A DNA stretch of 60,188 bases, taken from contig VBIZ01000109.1 in assembly GCA_005880575.1 (NCBI GenBank), forward strand, positions 1 through 60,188, written 5' to 3'. The notes beneath the pieces were generated by a model that saw nothing but the letters and a program-made list of their open reading frames with translations, searched no databases and was not told where the DNA came from. Position numbers and translations under genes: made by a program. This stretch comes from Chloroflexota bacterium (GTDB lineage: Bacteria > Chloroflexota > Limnocylindria > P2-11E). Every line of letters starts with the position of its first letter. Position 1 is the first letter of the stretch. Below, one piece after another: positions 35,867-45,242 of this stretch.

Positions 35867-37153
35867 CTACGCGCCGCCGCTCTCGGCCGCGATGAGATCG
35901 AGGACGAGCGTCGTCCACCCGAAGTCATGCGCGCCTTCACCCTCGCCGGTGCGCGGGTCGTAGAACTCGCGAACGCCGCTTCGATCGATCATCGCGACCG
36001 TTCGGTCGACGATGTGACTCGCAACATCGGCCCGCCCATGCGCACGAAGTCCCCAGTACAGATACCAGTTGACGTTGACCCACGTGGGCCCGCGCCACGT
36101 GGTCTTCGCGCGCCAGCCGGGATCGAAGGCCGGCTCGCCGGCCGCGACGCTCGGAATGGGGTAGGGCAGCCAGAACTCCTTTTCGTTGAGGAGGTGCTCG
36201 TCCACGAGGCGTTTGGCCTTTCGCGGATCGAGATCCTCGAGGATGAGCGGAAATAGGGACGTGAATGTGAGCGTCTGCGCCGGCTTTTCGGCCCAACCGG
36301 CAAGATCCCAGAAGACCCCTCGATCCTCGTCCCAGCATTTGGTCTCGAGCGCGTGCCGGACGCGGTTCGCGCGTGCCGAGAACTCGTCCGCTTCGCGGGG
36401 TGGGTCGCCCGCGATCGCGACGAGCTTCGCCAGGCAACGCAGGCCGTCCGCGTAGATCGCATTCACCATGACGTCCTCCCAGGTGAAGACGTCGAGCGCC
36501 GGAATGCGCGCCGGCTCGCTCCGATACGGTGCGTACGCGTCGTACAGTCGCTGCATCGACCGTTCGAGCTCCGGGAGCGTCTCCTCCGTGGACTCCGGCG
36601 AGATCCCCATGAGCGCGTCGTACTTGGGACTCGCATCGAGGCCCGACTCGTCGGGTTGAATGAGCGCGACGAGCCCGTCGTCGTCAGGGTCGCGCACCGC
36701 CTTGAGCCAGCGGAAGAAGCGGCGGATCGGCGGGAGCACCTCGCGCACGAAGTCGGCGTCGCGAGTCGCCTCGTGGATGCGCAGCACCGCGCGCGCGACG
36801 ACCGGCGGCTGGATCGTGGCGGTGTAAAAAGGGTCCGCCAGCCAGATCGGTTGGACCTCTCGCAGCGCGACCTCGTGCGCGCCCTTCTCCCACAGGATCA
36901 TGTGCGGAATGAAGCCGTCGGGCTGCGCGCCCTGCATCAGGCAGCGGATCTCCTGCTTGGCGAGCTCGGGGTCGACGTGCAACAGGGCGATCGCGTGGAA
37001 CGCGCTATCCCAGAACCATTGGAACGGGTAGGTCGTTGGCGAGGGACAAACGAAATCGTAACGACGGCCGCCCCAAGCCGAGAGACCGCGTTGCCGATTG
37101 CCTTCGAGGACGCGACGGGCTTCGGCGACGACGCGCCTTTGGTCTCCGGACAC
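35867..37153 (-). CDS. (alpha/alpha)6-barrel glycoside hydrolase, GH63/trehalase-like (glucosyl-/mannosylglycerate hydrolase type). Paralog A.
   Basis: Motifs TTYPFQWFWDSAFHAIAL, IQPDESGLDASPKYD, TWRGPTWVNVNWYLYWGL and EFYDPRTGEG. Confidence 0.7.
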   Translation of the reverse strand: MSGDQRRVVAEARRVLEGNRQRGLSAWGGRRYDFVCPSPTTYPFQWFWDSAFHAIALLHVDPELAKQEIRCLMQGAQPDGFIPHMILWEKGAHEVALREVQPIWLADPFYTATIQPPVVARAVLRIHEATRDADFVREVLPPIRRFFRWLKAVRDPDDDGLVALIQPDESGLDASPKYDALMGISPESTEETLPELERSMQRLYDAYAPYRSEPARIPALDVFTWEDVMVNAIYADGLRCLAKLVAIAGDPPREADEFSARANRVRHALETKCWDEDRGVFWDLAGWAEKPAQTLTFTSLFPLILEDLDPRKAKRLVDEHLLNEKEFWLPYPIPSVAAGEPAFDPGWRAKTTWRGPTWVNVNWYLYWGLRAHGRADVASHIVDRTVAMIDRSGVREFYDPRTGEGEGAHDFGWTTLVLDLIAAESGGA

Positions 37154-37242
37154 GAGCGCGGATTATCCCGCACGAGAATTCTTTGTACGGCTCACGCGTC
37201 GTGCGAAGCGTGCATACTCACGGCCTTCAAGGGGGAAGACCA

Positions 37243-38601
37243 ATGTCGACATACTCTCGCCGGAAGTTCCTCAAAGTTGCGGCTGCGACGGGCATCGTTG
37301 TGGCGTGCGCACCGGCGGCACAGCCGTCTGCCTCGCCGCCGGGCGCCTCCCCCAGCCAGGCCAAGGGCCTGACTGGGACGATCACCGTCTCGTATCCCGA
37401 TGAGCTCGGGGTCAAGCCGAAGTACGTCGACCAGGCCGCGCAGGCGGTCCAAAACAAGAACTCTGGCACGACCGTGAAAGTCGATCTGCAGAAGATCTCG
37501 GACGATCTCTATTACCCCAAGCTCCTCCTCGCGCTCCAGAGCGGCGCCGACGTGCCGGACGTTTTCCACTTCGGTGGCGACAGCATCGGTGAGCTGGCCG
37601 ATGCGGGCTACATCGAGCCTCTCGATAGCTATGTGAATGCGTGGGCGGACTGGAGTCAGTACCCCGCCTCGATCAAGCAGGGCGCCACCTACAAGGGCCA
37701 CGTCTGGGCGATCCCGTACGGGATGGACACGCGCTGGCTCTACTTCCGGCGCGACGATCTCCAGAAGGCGGGTCTCGCTGCCGACTGGACGCCGACAAAG
37801 CTCGCCGACGTCATCACCGCGGCGGCCGCGGTCAAGTCGAAGGAGGCGAACGTCCTGCCGTACGCGCTTTATGCCGGTGCCGCGGCATCGGACGGTGCTC
37901 GCGACCACGCCTTCGTGCCGCTGGTGTGGGCGTACGGCGGCGATGTCGTGACCAGCGACGGCAAGTGGGTCGGCAACAGCGCAGCGATCCGCAAGGCTCT
38001 CGCCTATTACCAGACGGTCTACAGCCAGGGTCTCTCGCCGAAAGAGATCCTCACGTCGACCAAACCCTGGACGGCCATGCGCGCGAAGCTCGGCGACGGC
38101 AGCCTCGCGCTCCTCTTCGAGGGGGGCTGGGTCTACGGCGGCTGGGCCTCCAAGGACCAGGCCGGCACCCAGAAAAACGTCGGGTACGTCTTGCACCCGA
38201 CCGAGAACGGTGGTCCATCGTTCACGATCGGCGGTCTCGGCACCTGCTGGTACATCACCGCGAAGTCCAAGAACAAGGATCTCGCCTGGGAGTTCATCAA
38301 GACCTGGAACAACAAGGACACCGTCGCCAAGATCAATATCGAAGACCCGCACCCGGTCGCGCGCAGCGACTCCGCGGACGTTCCGGAATTCAAGGCTCAG
38401 CAGTACCTCGTCGACTCCACGAAGTCGCTCGAGAAGGCGAAGTTCCTTCCGCCGGACCCGAATCTGAGCAAGATCACGACGGCGATCCAGAAGGCGACCG
38501 GCCGCGTCGCCAATGGCGACTCGAGCCCGGACGACGCGGCGAAGCAGTACTCCGCGGACCTGAAGCAGGCGATCGGCGCGGACAAGGTCGTCGAGCAATA
38601 A
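37243..38601 (+). CDS. ABC transporter extracellular sugar-binding protein (Tat signal, probable lipoprotein)
   Basis: MSTYSRRKFLKVAAATGIVVAC gives a twin-arginine motif plus lipobox. Family-1 SBP features. GGGGGAAG upstream of the ATG. Confidence 0.85.
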   Translation: MSTYSRRKFLKVAAATGIVVACAPAAQPSASPPGASPSQAKGLTGTITVSYPDELGVKPKYVDQAAQAVQNKNSGTTVKVDLQKISDDLYYPKLLLALQSGADVPDVFHFGGDSIGELADAGYIEPLDSYVNAWADWSQYPASIKQGATYKGHVWAIPYGMDTRWLYFRRDDLQKAGLAADWTPTKLADVITAAAAVKSKEANVLPYALYAGAAASDGARDHAFVPLVWAYGGDVVTSDGKWVGNSAAIRKALAYYQTVYSQGLSPKEILTSTKPWTAMRAKLGDGSLALLFEGGWVYGGWASKDQAGTQKNVGYVLHPTENGGPSFTIGGLGTCWYITAKSKNKDLAWEFIKTWNNKDTVAKINIEDPHPVARSDSADVPEFKAQQYLVDSTKSLEKAKFLPPDPNLSKITTAIQKATGRVANGDSSPDDAAKQYSADLKQAIGADKVVEQ

Positions 38602-38664
38602 CGGCGGGTCTGCGGAGCGGAGGCAAACGCGCCTTCGCTCCGCGGCCCGGCCTATCCTCTGAGC

Positions 38665-39546
38665 GTGCTCGCGCGGAATTCCACGTACATCGCTGGAGTC
38701 GCGCCCGCCGCTGTGCTCCTCGCGCTCTTCTTCGTCGGTCCCGCGTTGTGGGCGCTCTATTCGAGCCTCACGAATCTCGCACTGGTCGGAATCGACGCCG
38801 CGAATCCGCGCTTCGTCGGGCTCGATAACTACACGCGTCTGTTCGCGGATCCGGATTTCTGGACCGTGATCCGCAACTCGGTCACGTTCGTCGTGGGCTC
38901 GGCGGTGATCGGGCAGTTCGGCCTCGGCCTCGCGCTCGCGCTCCTCATCGACCACGCCGAGCACCGACGCTGGTGGCTCGGGACCCTGGCGTACGGCGCC
39001 GTGTTGCTTGCGTGGGTCAACCCGACGCTGATCGCCGGATTCCTCTGGGTCGCGATGTACGACTTCTTCTTCGGCTCGCTCAACCACGTCTTCCTGAGCT
39101 CGCTCGGGGCGAGCTCCGTCGACTGGATCGGCTCGTTCCCGATGCCCGCCGTGATCGTCGCCAACATCTGGCGCGGGACGGCCTTCACCATGATCATCTT
39201 TCTCGGCGCGCTCAAGACCATCCCGCCCGACATCTACGAGGCCGCACGCATCGATGGCGCCAACGCGTGGCGTCGTTTTTGGGATCACACCCTCCCGAGC
39301 CTCCGGCCGATCGCCGCTCTCGCGCTGCTCTCCATCACGATGTCGACGTTCGGCACCTTCATCGTGATCCAGACGCTCACGAACGGCGGACCGGGGAACG
39401 CCACCGAGGTCATCGCCCTCTTCGCTTTCCACACCGCGTTCAAGTCGTTCTCCATCGGCTATGGGTCTGCGATCGCCGTCGTCATGCTCGGGCTGAACTT
39501 CGCTTTCGCGATCGCGTACCTGCGTTGGTCGAGGGCCCGGGCGTGA
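38665..39546 (+). CDS. Carbohydrate ABC transporter permease (MalF/UgpA-like)
   Basis: Six TM segments and EAA-loop motif YEAARIDGANAWRRFWDHTLP. Confidence 0.9.
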   Translation: MLARNSTYIAGVAPAAVLLALFFVGPALWALYSSLTNLALVGIDAANPRFVGLDNYTRLFADPDFWTVIRNSVTFVVGSAVIGQFGLGLALALLIDHAEHRRWWLGTLAYGAVLLAWVNPTLIAGFLWVAMYDFFFGSLNHVFLSSLGASSVDWIGSFPMPAVIVANIWRGTAFTMIIFLGALKTIPPDIYEAARIDGANAWRRFWDHTLPSLRPIAALALLSITMSTFGTFIVIQTLTNGGPGNATEVIALFAFHTAFKSFSIGYGSAIAVVMLGLNFAFAIAYLRWSRARA

Positions 39547-40421
39547 CCACGCGGGCGGCTTCGCGCGTCGCGAGGACCGCCGCCGCGCCGCGAGGCGCGT
39601 CGTGGATCGAGGCTCTGGCGGTCCACGCCGTCTTCGTGCTGGTCGTGGTCTTCTTCCTCGTGCCGTTCCTGTGGCTGTTCACGGCGGCGTTCGACGCCGA
39701 CGCGGTGGCCTACATCCGATTCCCGGCCGCGCCAACGCTCAACAACTTCGTTCGCATCTTCACGGAACATGACTTCGGGCGCGCCCTCCTCAACTCAGTC
39801 TTCGTCGCGGGCTCGACCATGGTCCTGGACGTCATCGCGGTCGCGCTCGCCGGCTACTCCCTGTCCCGCCTCGAGTGGCGATTCAAGTCCTGGATCACCT
39901 ACGCGGTCCTGTTGCTCCAGACGATGCCGCTCTCCGCGACGATGGTGCCGATCTACGGACTCGCGCGCGCGCTCGGACTGCGCAACTCGTATGCCGGGCT
40001 CATCCTCATTCACGCCGCGATAGAGCTGCCGTTCCTCGTCTGGCTGATGAAGAACTTTTTCGACAACGTGCCCCGTTATCTCGAGGAGGCCGCGTGGCTG
40101 GACGGACGCTCCAAGCTGCGCGCGCTCGCCGAGATCGTGCTTCCTGTGGCGCGCAACGGTATCGGCGTCGTGGCGGGTCTCGCGTTCCTGGCCGCGTGGG
40201 CCGAGGTCCTGATGATGATCATCCTCATCGACTCGCAGGACTTGAAGACCGTACCGCTCGCGTTCTATGAGACGTTGCGCACCCAGGGCGGCTACACCGA
40301 GGTGCAGTACGGTCTCGTTGCGGCGATGGGGGTCCTGTATGCGGTTCCCGTCATGGCGCTCTTCCTCATGACTCGCCGGATGATGGTTCGCGGTCTCGTC
40401 GCAAGCTCGAGAGGCCTCTAG
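39543..40421 (+). CDS. Carbohydrate ABC transporter permease (MalG/UgpE-like)
   Basis: GTGA overlap with the upstream permease. EAA loop LEEAAWLDGRSKLRALAEIVLP. Confidence 0.9.
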   Translation: MTTRAASRVARTAAAPRGASWIEALAVHAVFVLVVVFFLVPFLWLFTAAFDADAVAYIRFPAAPTLNNFVRIFTEHDFGRALLNSVFVAGSTMVLDVIAVALAGYSLSRLEWRFKSWITYAVLLLQTMPLSATMVPIYGLARALGLRNSYAGLILIHAAIELPFLVWLMKNFFDNVPRYLEEAAWLDGRSKLRALAEIVLPVARNGIGVVAGLAFLAAWAEVLMMIILIDSQDLKTVPLAFYETLRTQGGYTEVQYGLVAAMGVLYAVPVMALFLMTRRMMVRGLVASSRGL

Positions 40422-40423
40422 CG

Positions 40424-41494
40424 ATGGCTCGCGTCGAATACGACGACGTCTCGAAGCGCTTCCCGACCCAGGACCGGCCTGCGGTCGATCATCTCGGTCT
40501 CGACGTCGCCAATGGCGAGTTCCTGGTGCTGCTCGGTCCGTCCGGGTGCGGCAAGACGACCGCGTTGCGCATGCTCGCCGGGCTCGAATATCCCGATAGC
40601 GGCGACATCCTGATCGACGGCCGGAGCGTCGTGCGGCTCGAGCCGAAGGACCGGGACGTCGCACTGGTCTTTCAGAGCTACGCGCTCTACCCACACATGT
40701 CGGTACGCGACAACATCCAATACCCGTTGCGCGTGCGGAAGCAGCTCACGGCCATGGAACGGCTGAGCAAGGTCGACCGGGTCGCGGATCTCTTGGGCAT
40801 ACGGCAGCTCCTGCCGCGGCGGCCCGCCCAGCTCTCGGGCGGCGAGCAGCAGCGCGTCGCGCTCGCGCGCGCGATCGTCCGCGAGCCGCGCGTGTTTCTC
40901 ATGGACGAGCCGCTGTCGAACCTCGACGCGAAGCTGCGCACGCATACGCGGACGGAGCTCAAAGCGCTTCAGAAGCAGCTCGGCGTCACCACGATCTTCG
41001 TCACGCACGATCAGGCCGAGGCGATGACCATGGGCGATCGGATCGCGGTGCTCGACGCCGGCAAGCTTCAGCAGCTCGGTACGCCCGACAACGTCTACCA
41101 GCGGCCCGCGAACCTCTTTGTTGCGCAGTTCATCGGCAGCCCCCCGATGAACATCGTCGACGCCCGCCGAGATGGCGGAGCACTTGTGCTCACCGGCGGC
41201 TGGCGCGTGGAAGCGCCGCGCGGCCTCGCCGGCAGCGATGGGATCAAGGTCGGGCTGCGGCCGGAGTCGATCGACCTCGAGCGCGCGCCGGCCTCCGGGG
41301 CGCAGCCGGCCGAGGTCCTCGTCTCTGAGCCGCTCGGCAGCGAGGTCATCGTGAACGTCAAGCTCGGGGACGCGCTCCTCAAGATCCGGACGGGTCCCGA
41401 CGTCCGGCCGGATCCGGGCACACCCGTTTATCTGCGCGCCCGACCTGGCGGCGTACGCGTCTTCGACGCCTCGAGCGGCGCCGCTCTGAATTGA
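40424..41494 (+). CDS. Sugar ABC transporter ATP-binding protein (MalK/UgpC-like)
   Basis: Motifs GPSGCGKTT, LSGGEQQRVALARA and FLMDEPLSNLD, with a C-terminal TOBE-like regulatory domain. Confidence 0.93.
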   Translation: MARVEYDDVSKRFPTQDRPAVDHLGLDVANGEFLVLLGPSGCGKTTALRMLAGLEYPDSGDILIDGRSVVRLEPKDRDVALVFQSYALYPHMSVRDNIQYPLRVRKQLTAMERLSKVDRVADLLGIRQLLPRRPAQLSGGEQQRVALARAIVREPRVFLMDEPLSNLDAKLRTHTRTELKALQKQLGVTTIFVTHDQAEAMTMGDRIAVLDAGKLQQLGTPDNVYQRPANLFVAQFIGSPPMNIVDARRDGGALVLTGGWRVEAPRGLAGSDGIKVGLRPESIDLERAPASGAQPAEVLVSEPLGSEVIVNVKLGDALLKIRTGPDVRPDPGTPVYLRARPGGVRVFDASSGAALN

Positions 41495-42861
41495 CCCCGG
41501 AGACGCTCGACAAGCCGGATCTCGTTCTGCATGGGCACTTCGACAAGGATCACGAGCGTCGTTATGCACACGTGCCGTTCGACGTGCCCGCAGGCCGGCG
41601 GCAGATTCACATCCGATACTCGTACAACGATCAGATCGATTCCGACCCGACGCTGGGTGGTGGGAACACCCTCGACATCGGTCTCTTTGACGAGCGGGGA
41701 ATCGCCGAGAGCAGCGCCGGATTCCGCGGATGGAGCGGTAGCGAGAAGATGGAGTTCACGATCGACGAGTCGTGGGCCACTCCGCCCTACCGCAAGGGCA
41801 AGATCCGGCCGGGCGGCTGGCACGTGCTGCTCGGGCCTTACAAGGTCGGGCCGAGGGGGTGTGATTGGAAGGTCGAGATCTGGTTCGACCCAGGTGTGCC
41901 CTCTCCCTGGAGGGGGGTCGGCATTTCGCGGCGAGTGGACCCCGATCCGCTGCCCGAGGCGCGGCCCGGATGGCTGCGGGGCGATCTCCATTGCCACACG
42001 CTCTATTCGGATGGCGATTCGTGGCCGCCCGAGATGCTGAGCGCCGCGGGTGCGGCCGGCCTCGATTTCCTCGGGGTGACCGACCACAACAACGTCGGCC
42101 ATCAGCTCGCGTACGGGCCGGGCGGCGACGGCCTTCCGATCGTCGTTCCCGGGATCGAGGTCACGACCTATGGCGGGCACTGGAACGCGTGGGGCACCGA
42201 TCGCTGGTGGGAATTCCGCGAACCAGAATCGAAAGCCGTGGAGCGAACCATCCGCGCCGCCGCGGAGAGCGGCGCCGTCGTGAGCATCTGCCATCCGAAA
42301 CCATTCGGGCCGCCCTGGGAGTACGAGGGCGTGACGGGTTTTCATGCGGTCGAGGTCTGGAACGGACCGTGGGCGCAGCAGAACGCCGCCTCGCTCGCAT
42401 TCTGGGAGAGCCTCTTGCGCCGTGGCGATCGGCGCGTCGCGCTCGGCGGAAGCGACACCCATTACCTGCACGGGCGAAACCTCGGCGCTCGCGACGCCGA
42501 TAGGCTCGGAGCTCCGACGACGTGGGTCCAGGTCGGCGACCGTCCGACGGCGAAGACGATCCTCGAGGCGCTCCGTGAGGGCCGGTCGTTCGTGTCCGAA
42601 TCTCCGGGCGGTCCGCAGCTCTATCTGGAGCCTGACCGCGGCCGCGCCGGACGGGTCTCGGTCGAGGTACGTGGTGGCGCCGGAGGGCGGCTCGAGCTCG
42701 TCACCGATACCGCCACTCCGGTCGTTCGGATGGTCGACGGCGATGCGTGGGACGACGCGTTCGAGGTCCCCGCGGGGGCGGCCTATGTCCGCGCTCAGCT
42801 CACCTCGGCGCGCGGCGATGTGCGCGCCCTCGCAAATCCGGTGTGGGCGGAGCGTCTCTGA
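41491..42861 (+). CDS. PHP-domain metallohydrolase (CehA/McbA-like) with an unassigned N-terminal domain of about 170 aa
   Basis: Motifs GDLHCHTLYSDG...GLDFLGVTDHNN...SICHP...GGSDTH. The TTG start overlaps the ATPase stop (TTGA). Confidence 0.7.
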   Translation: MTPETLDKPDLVLHGHFDKDHERRYAHVPFDVPAGRRQIHIRYSYNDQIDSDPTLGGGNTLDIGLFDERGIAESSAGFRGWSGSEKMEFTIDESWATPPYRKGKIRPGGWHVLLGPYKVGPRGCDWKVEIWFDPGVPSPWRGVGISRRVDPDPLPEARPGWLRGDLHCHTLYSDGDSWPPEMLSAAGAAGLDFLGVTDHNNVGHQLAYGPGGDGLPIVVPGIEVTTYGGHWNAWGTDRWWEFREPESKAVERTIRAAAESGAVVSICHPKPFGPPWEYEGVTGFHAVEVWNGPWAQQNAASLAFWESLLRRGDRRVALGGSDTHYLHGRNLGARDADRLGAPTTWVQVGDRPTAKTILEALREGRSFVSESPGGPQLYLEPDRGRAGRVSVEVRGGAGGRLELVTDTATPVVRMVDGDAWDDAFEVPAGAAYVRAQLTSARGDVRALANPVWAERL

Positions 42862-42906
42862 GGTGATGCCGATCTCCTCGTGGCGGCGGACATCGAGAGG
42901 GCCGCG

Positions 42907-43914
42907 ATGACGCGCGAACGCATCGGCGTGGGGGTCGTGGGCGTCGGAATCATGGGACGAAGGCACGCCGAGAACGCGGCCCATTCGATCCCCGGGGCGC
43001 GCCTCGCCGCGGTTTTCGATGCCGATCGTGTCGTGGCCGCGAGCGTGGCCGCGGAGCTCGACGCGGCTGCCTGCGCGACTCTCGACGAGCTGGTCGCACG
43101 GCAGGACGTCCGCGCGGTGGTCATCGCGTCGCCCTCGCGTTTCCACGCCGACCAGGCCGTCGCGGCGCTCTCAGGTGGAAAGGATGTGCTGCTCGAGAAG
43201 CCGATGGCCCACACGCTCGCCGATTGCGACCGCATCATCGCTGCGGCGGACCGCGGAACCGCCCGCCTCCAGATCGGATTCATGCGGCGCTACGACCCGG
43301 CGTACGCCGAGGCCAAGCGGCTCGTCGTGTCGGGGCTGCTCGGGGAACCGCTTCTCTTCCGCGCCGTACATCGTGATCGAGAGGCGACGCTCTTGCCGGC
43401 GTCGACCGGCATTGCCGAGATGATGTTCGAGTCGACCATCCACGACTTCGACCTATCCCGATTTTTCCTCGGCGACGAGATCGCCGACGTGATGACGACC
43501 GCATCGGTGCTCTGTCACACGCGCGACGCGCACGGGCACGCCCCGAATGCGGCGCTGAACGCGGTGCGGTTCGCGCGCGGCGCGGTCGCGGACATCGAGA
43601 CCTACTGGGGCGCGCTATATGGGTACGACGTTCGGAGTGAGGTCGTTTGCGCGAACGGTACGGCGATGATCGGCCAAGAGGCGCGCTCCGGACTCGCCGT
43701 CTACACGCGGAACGGGGCGAACAGCGAGCTCTTTCCGGGATTTCTCGAGCGCTTCAGCGAGGCCTACCGCGCGGAGCTTGCGGACTTCGTCGACGGCTCC
43801 CTCGAACGCCGGCCACCGGCCGTGACCGGGGGAGATGGTCGTGCGGCGGTGGCGGCTGCCTTAGCCGGAGTCGCATCGTTTCAGAGTGGCCGGGCCGAGC
43901 CGGTCGTGAGGTGA
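42907..43914 (+). CDS. Gfo/Idh/MocA-family NAD(P)-dependent oxidoreductase (inositol 2-dehydrogenase-like)
   Basis: N-terminal Rossmann motif IGVGVVGVGIMGRRHA and the EKP motif LLEKPMA. Confidence 0.85.
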   Translation: MTRERIGVGVVGVGIMGRRHAENAAHSIPGARLAAVFDADRVVAASVAAELDAAACATLDELVARQDVRAVVIASPSRFHADQAVAALSGGKDVLLEKPMAHTLADCDRIIAAADRGTARLQIGFMRRYDPAYAEAKRLVVSGLLGEPLLFRAVHRDREATLLPASTGIAEMMFESTIHDFDLSRFFLGDEIADVMTTASVLCHTRDAHGHAPNAALNAVRFARGAVADIETYWGALYGYDVRSEVVCANGTAMIGQEARSGLAVYTRNGANSELFPGFLERFSEAYRAELADFVDGSLERRPPAVTGGDGRAAVAAALAGVASFQSGRAEPVVR

Positions 43915-43950
43915 GCGTTCGCCTACGGCGCGGCGGTTCTCGCCAATCGA

Positions 43951-45222
43951 CTACGCGCTCCCGCGCTCGGCCGCGATGAGGTCGAGCACCAGGGTCGACC
44001 ATCCAAAATCGCGCGCGCCCTGACCCTCGCCGGTCAACGGGTCGTAGAACTCGCGAATGCCGCCCCTCGCCATCATGCCGACCGTACGTTCCGCGAGCTC
44101 GCTTGCGATATCCCTGCGCCCGTGCGCGCGCAGCCCCCAGTAGAGGTACCAATTCACGTTGACCCACGTCGGACCCCGCCACGTCGTGTTCGTGCGCCAG
44201 TGCGGATCGAACGACGGCTCCGTCGCCGCCACGCTCGGGACCGGGTAGGGCAGCCAGAACTCGCGCTCGTTCAGAAGGTGCTCCTCGATCAGGCGCGTCG
44301 CCTTGCGCGGGTCGAGGTCATCGAGGATGAGCGGGAAGAGCGAAGAGAAAGTGAGGACCTTCGCCGGCTCCTCGCTCCATCCGGCGAGATCCCAGAACGC
44401 CCCGACCTTGTCGTCCCAGCACTTCGTCTCGAGCGCCGCGCGCACGCGGCCCGCCCGCGCGCGGAACTCGTCCGCCTCATTCGGGAGGTCGGTGAGCTTC
44501 GCAATACACGACAGTCCATCCGCGTAGATCGCGTTCACCATGACGTCCTCCCAGGTGAACGTGTCGAGCGCGGCGATGCGCGCGGGATCGGCGCGGTAGG
44601 GGGCGTACGTCTCGAACAGGTGCTTCATGCCTTGCCGCAGCTGCGGCAGCGTTCCCTCGGGAGGTCCCGACGCGATGCTCATGAGCCGGTCGTACTTGGG
44701 GCTCGCGTCGAGACCCGACTCGTCGGGCTGGATGATCGCGATGAGGCTGTCGTCGTCGGGATCGCGGTAGGCCTTGAGCCAGCGGAAGAATCGGCGGATC
44801 GGCGGGAGGACTTCACGGACGAACTCGGCATCTCCGGTCGCCTCGAAGATGCGCAGGACCGCGCGTGCGACCACGGGTGGCTGGATCGTCGCGGTGTAGA
44901 AGGGATCGGCGAGGGTGATCGAGTACTCGCGAATGGCCGCCTCGTGGGCGCTCTTCTCCCAGAGCAACATGTGCGGCATGAACCCGTCTGGCCGCGCCCC
45001 CTGCATCAGGCAGCGGATCTCCTGCTTCGCGAGCTCGGGGTCGACCTCGAGCAAGGCGACGGCGTGAAACGCGCTGTCCCAGAACCACTGGAACGGATAG
45101 GTCGTCGGCGAAGGACAGACGAAGTCGTACCGCTGGCCCGCCCACGCCGATATCCCGCGCTGCCGATTGCCGGCAAGGACACGGCGCGCGTCCGCCGCGA
45201 CCTTCTCCCATTCAGAGAGCAT
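43951..45222 (-). CDS. GH63/trehalase-like glycoside hydrolase, paralog B of 35867..37153
   Basis: Same motifs as paralog A. Collinear over the full length, with by eye roughly three quarters or more of residues identical (not computed). Confidence 0.7.
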   Translation of the reverse strand: MLSEWEKVAADARRVLAGNRQRGISAWAGQRYDFVCPSPTTYPFQWFWDSAFHAVALLEVDPELAKQEIRCLMQGARPDGFMPHMLLWEKSAHEAAIREYSITLADPFYTATIQPPVVARAVLRIFEATGDAEFVREVLPPIRRFFRWLKAYRDPDDDSLIAIIQPDESGLDASPKYDRLMSIASGPPEGTLPQLRQGMKHLFETYAPYRADPARIAALDTFTWEDVMVNAIYADGLSCIAKLTDLPNEADEFRARAGRVRAALETKCWDDKVGAFWDLAGWSEEPAKVLTFSSLFPLILDDLDPRKATRLIEEHLLNEREFWLPYPVPSVAATEPSFDPHWRTNTTWRGPTWVNVNWYLYWGLRAHGRRDIASELAERTVGMMARGGIREFYDPLTGEGQGARDFGWSTLVLDLIAAERGSA

Positions 45223-45242
45223 GAGGGCGGATTATCCGACGG

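Noticed and set aside
37192-39432. A 746-aa minus-strand ORF spanning the SBP and permease genes
   Set aside because: It is antisense to two well-supported ABC transporter genes. It has low-complexity R/E/D/G/V-rich sequence and no domains. It is a GC-driven open frame.
41428-43146. A 572-aa minus-strand ORF, plus 40418..41569 (383 aa, minus strand)
   Set aside because: Both are antisense to the ABC ATPase, PHP hydrolase and oxidoreductase genes, which have clear motifs. The composition is shadow-ORF-like.
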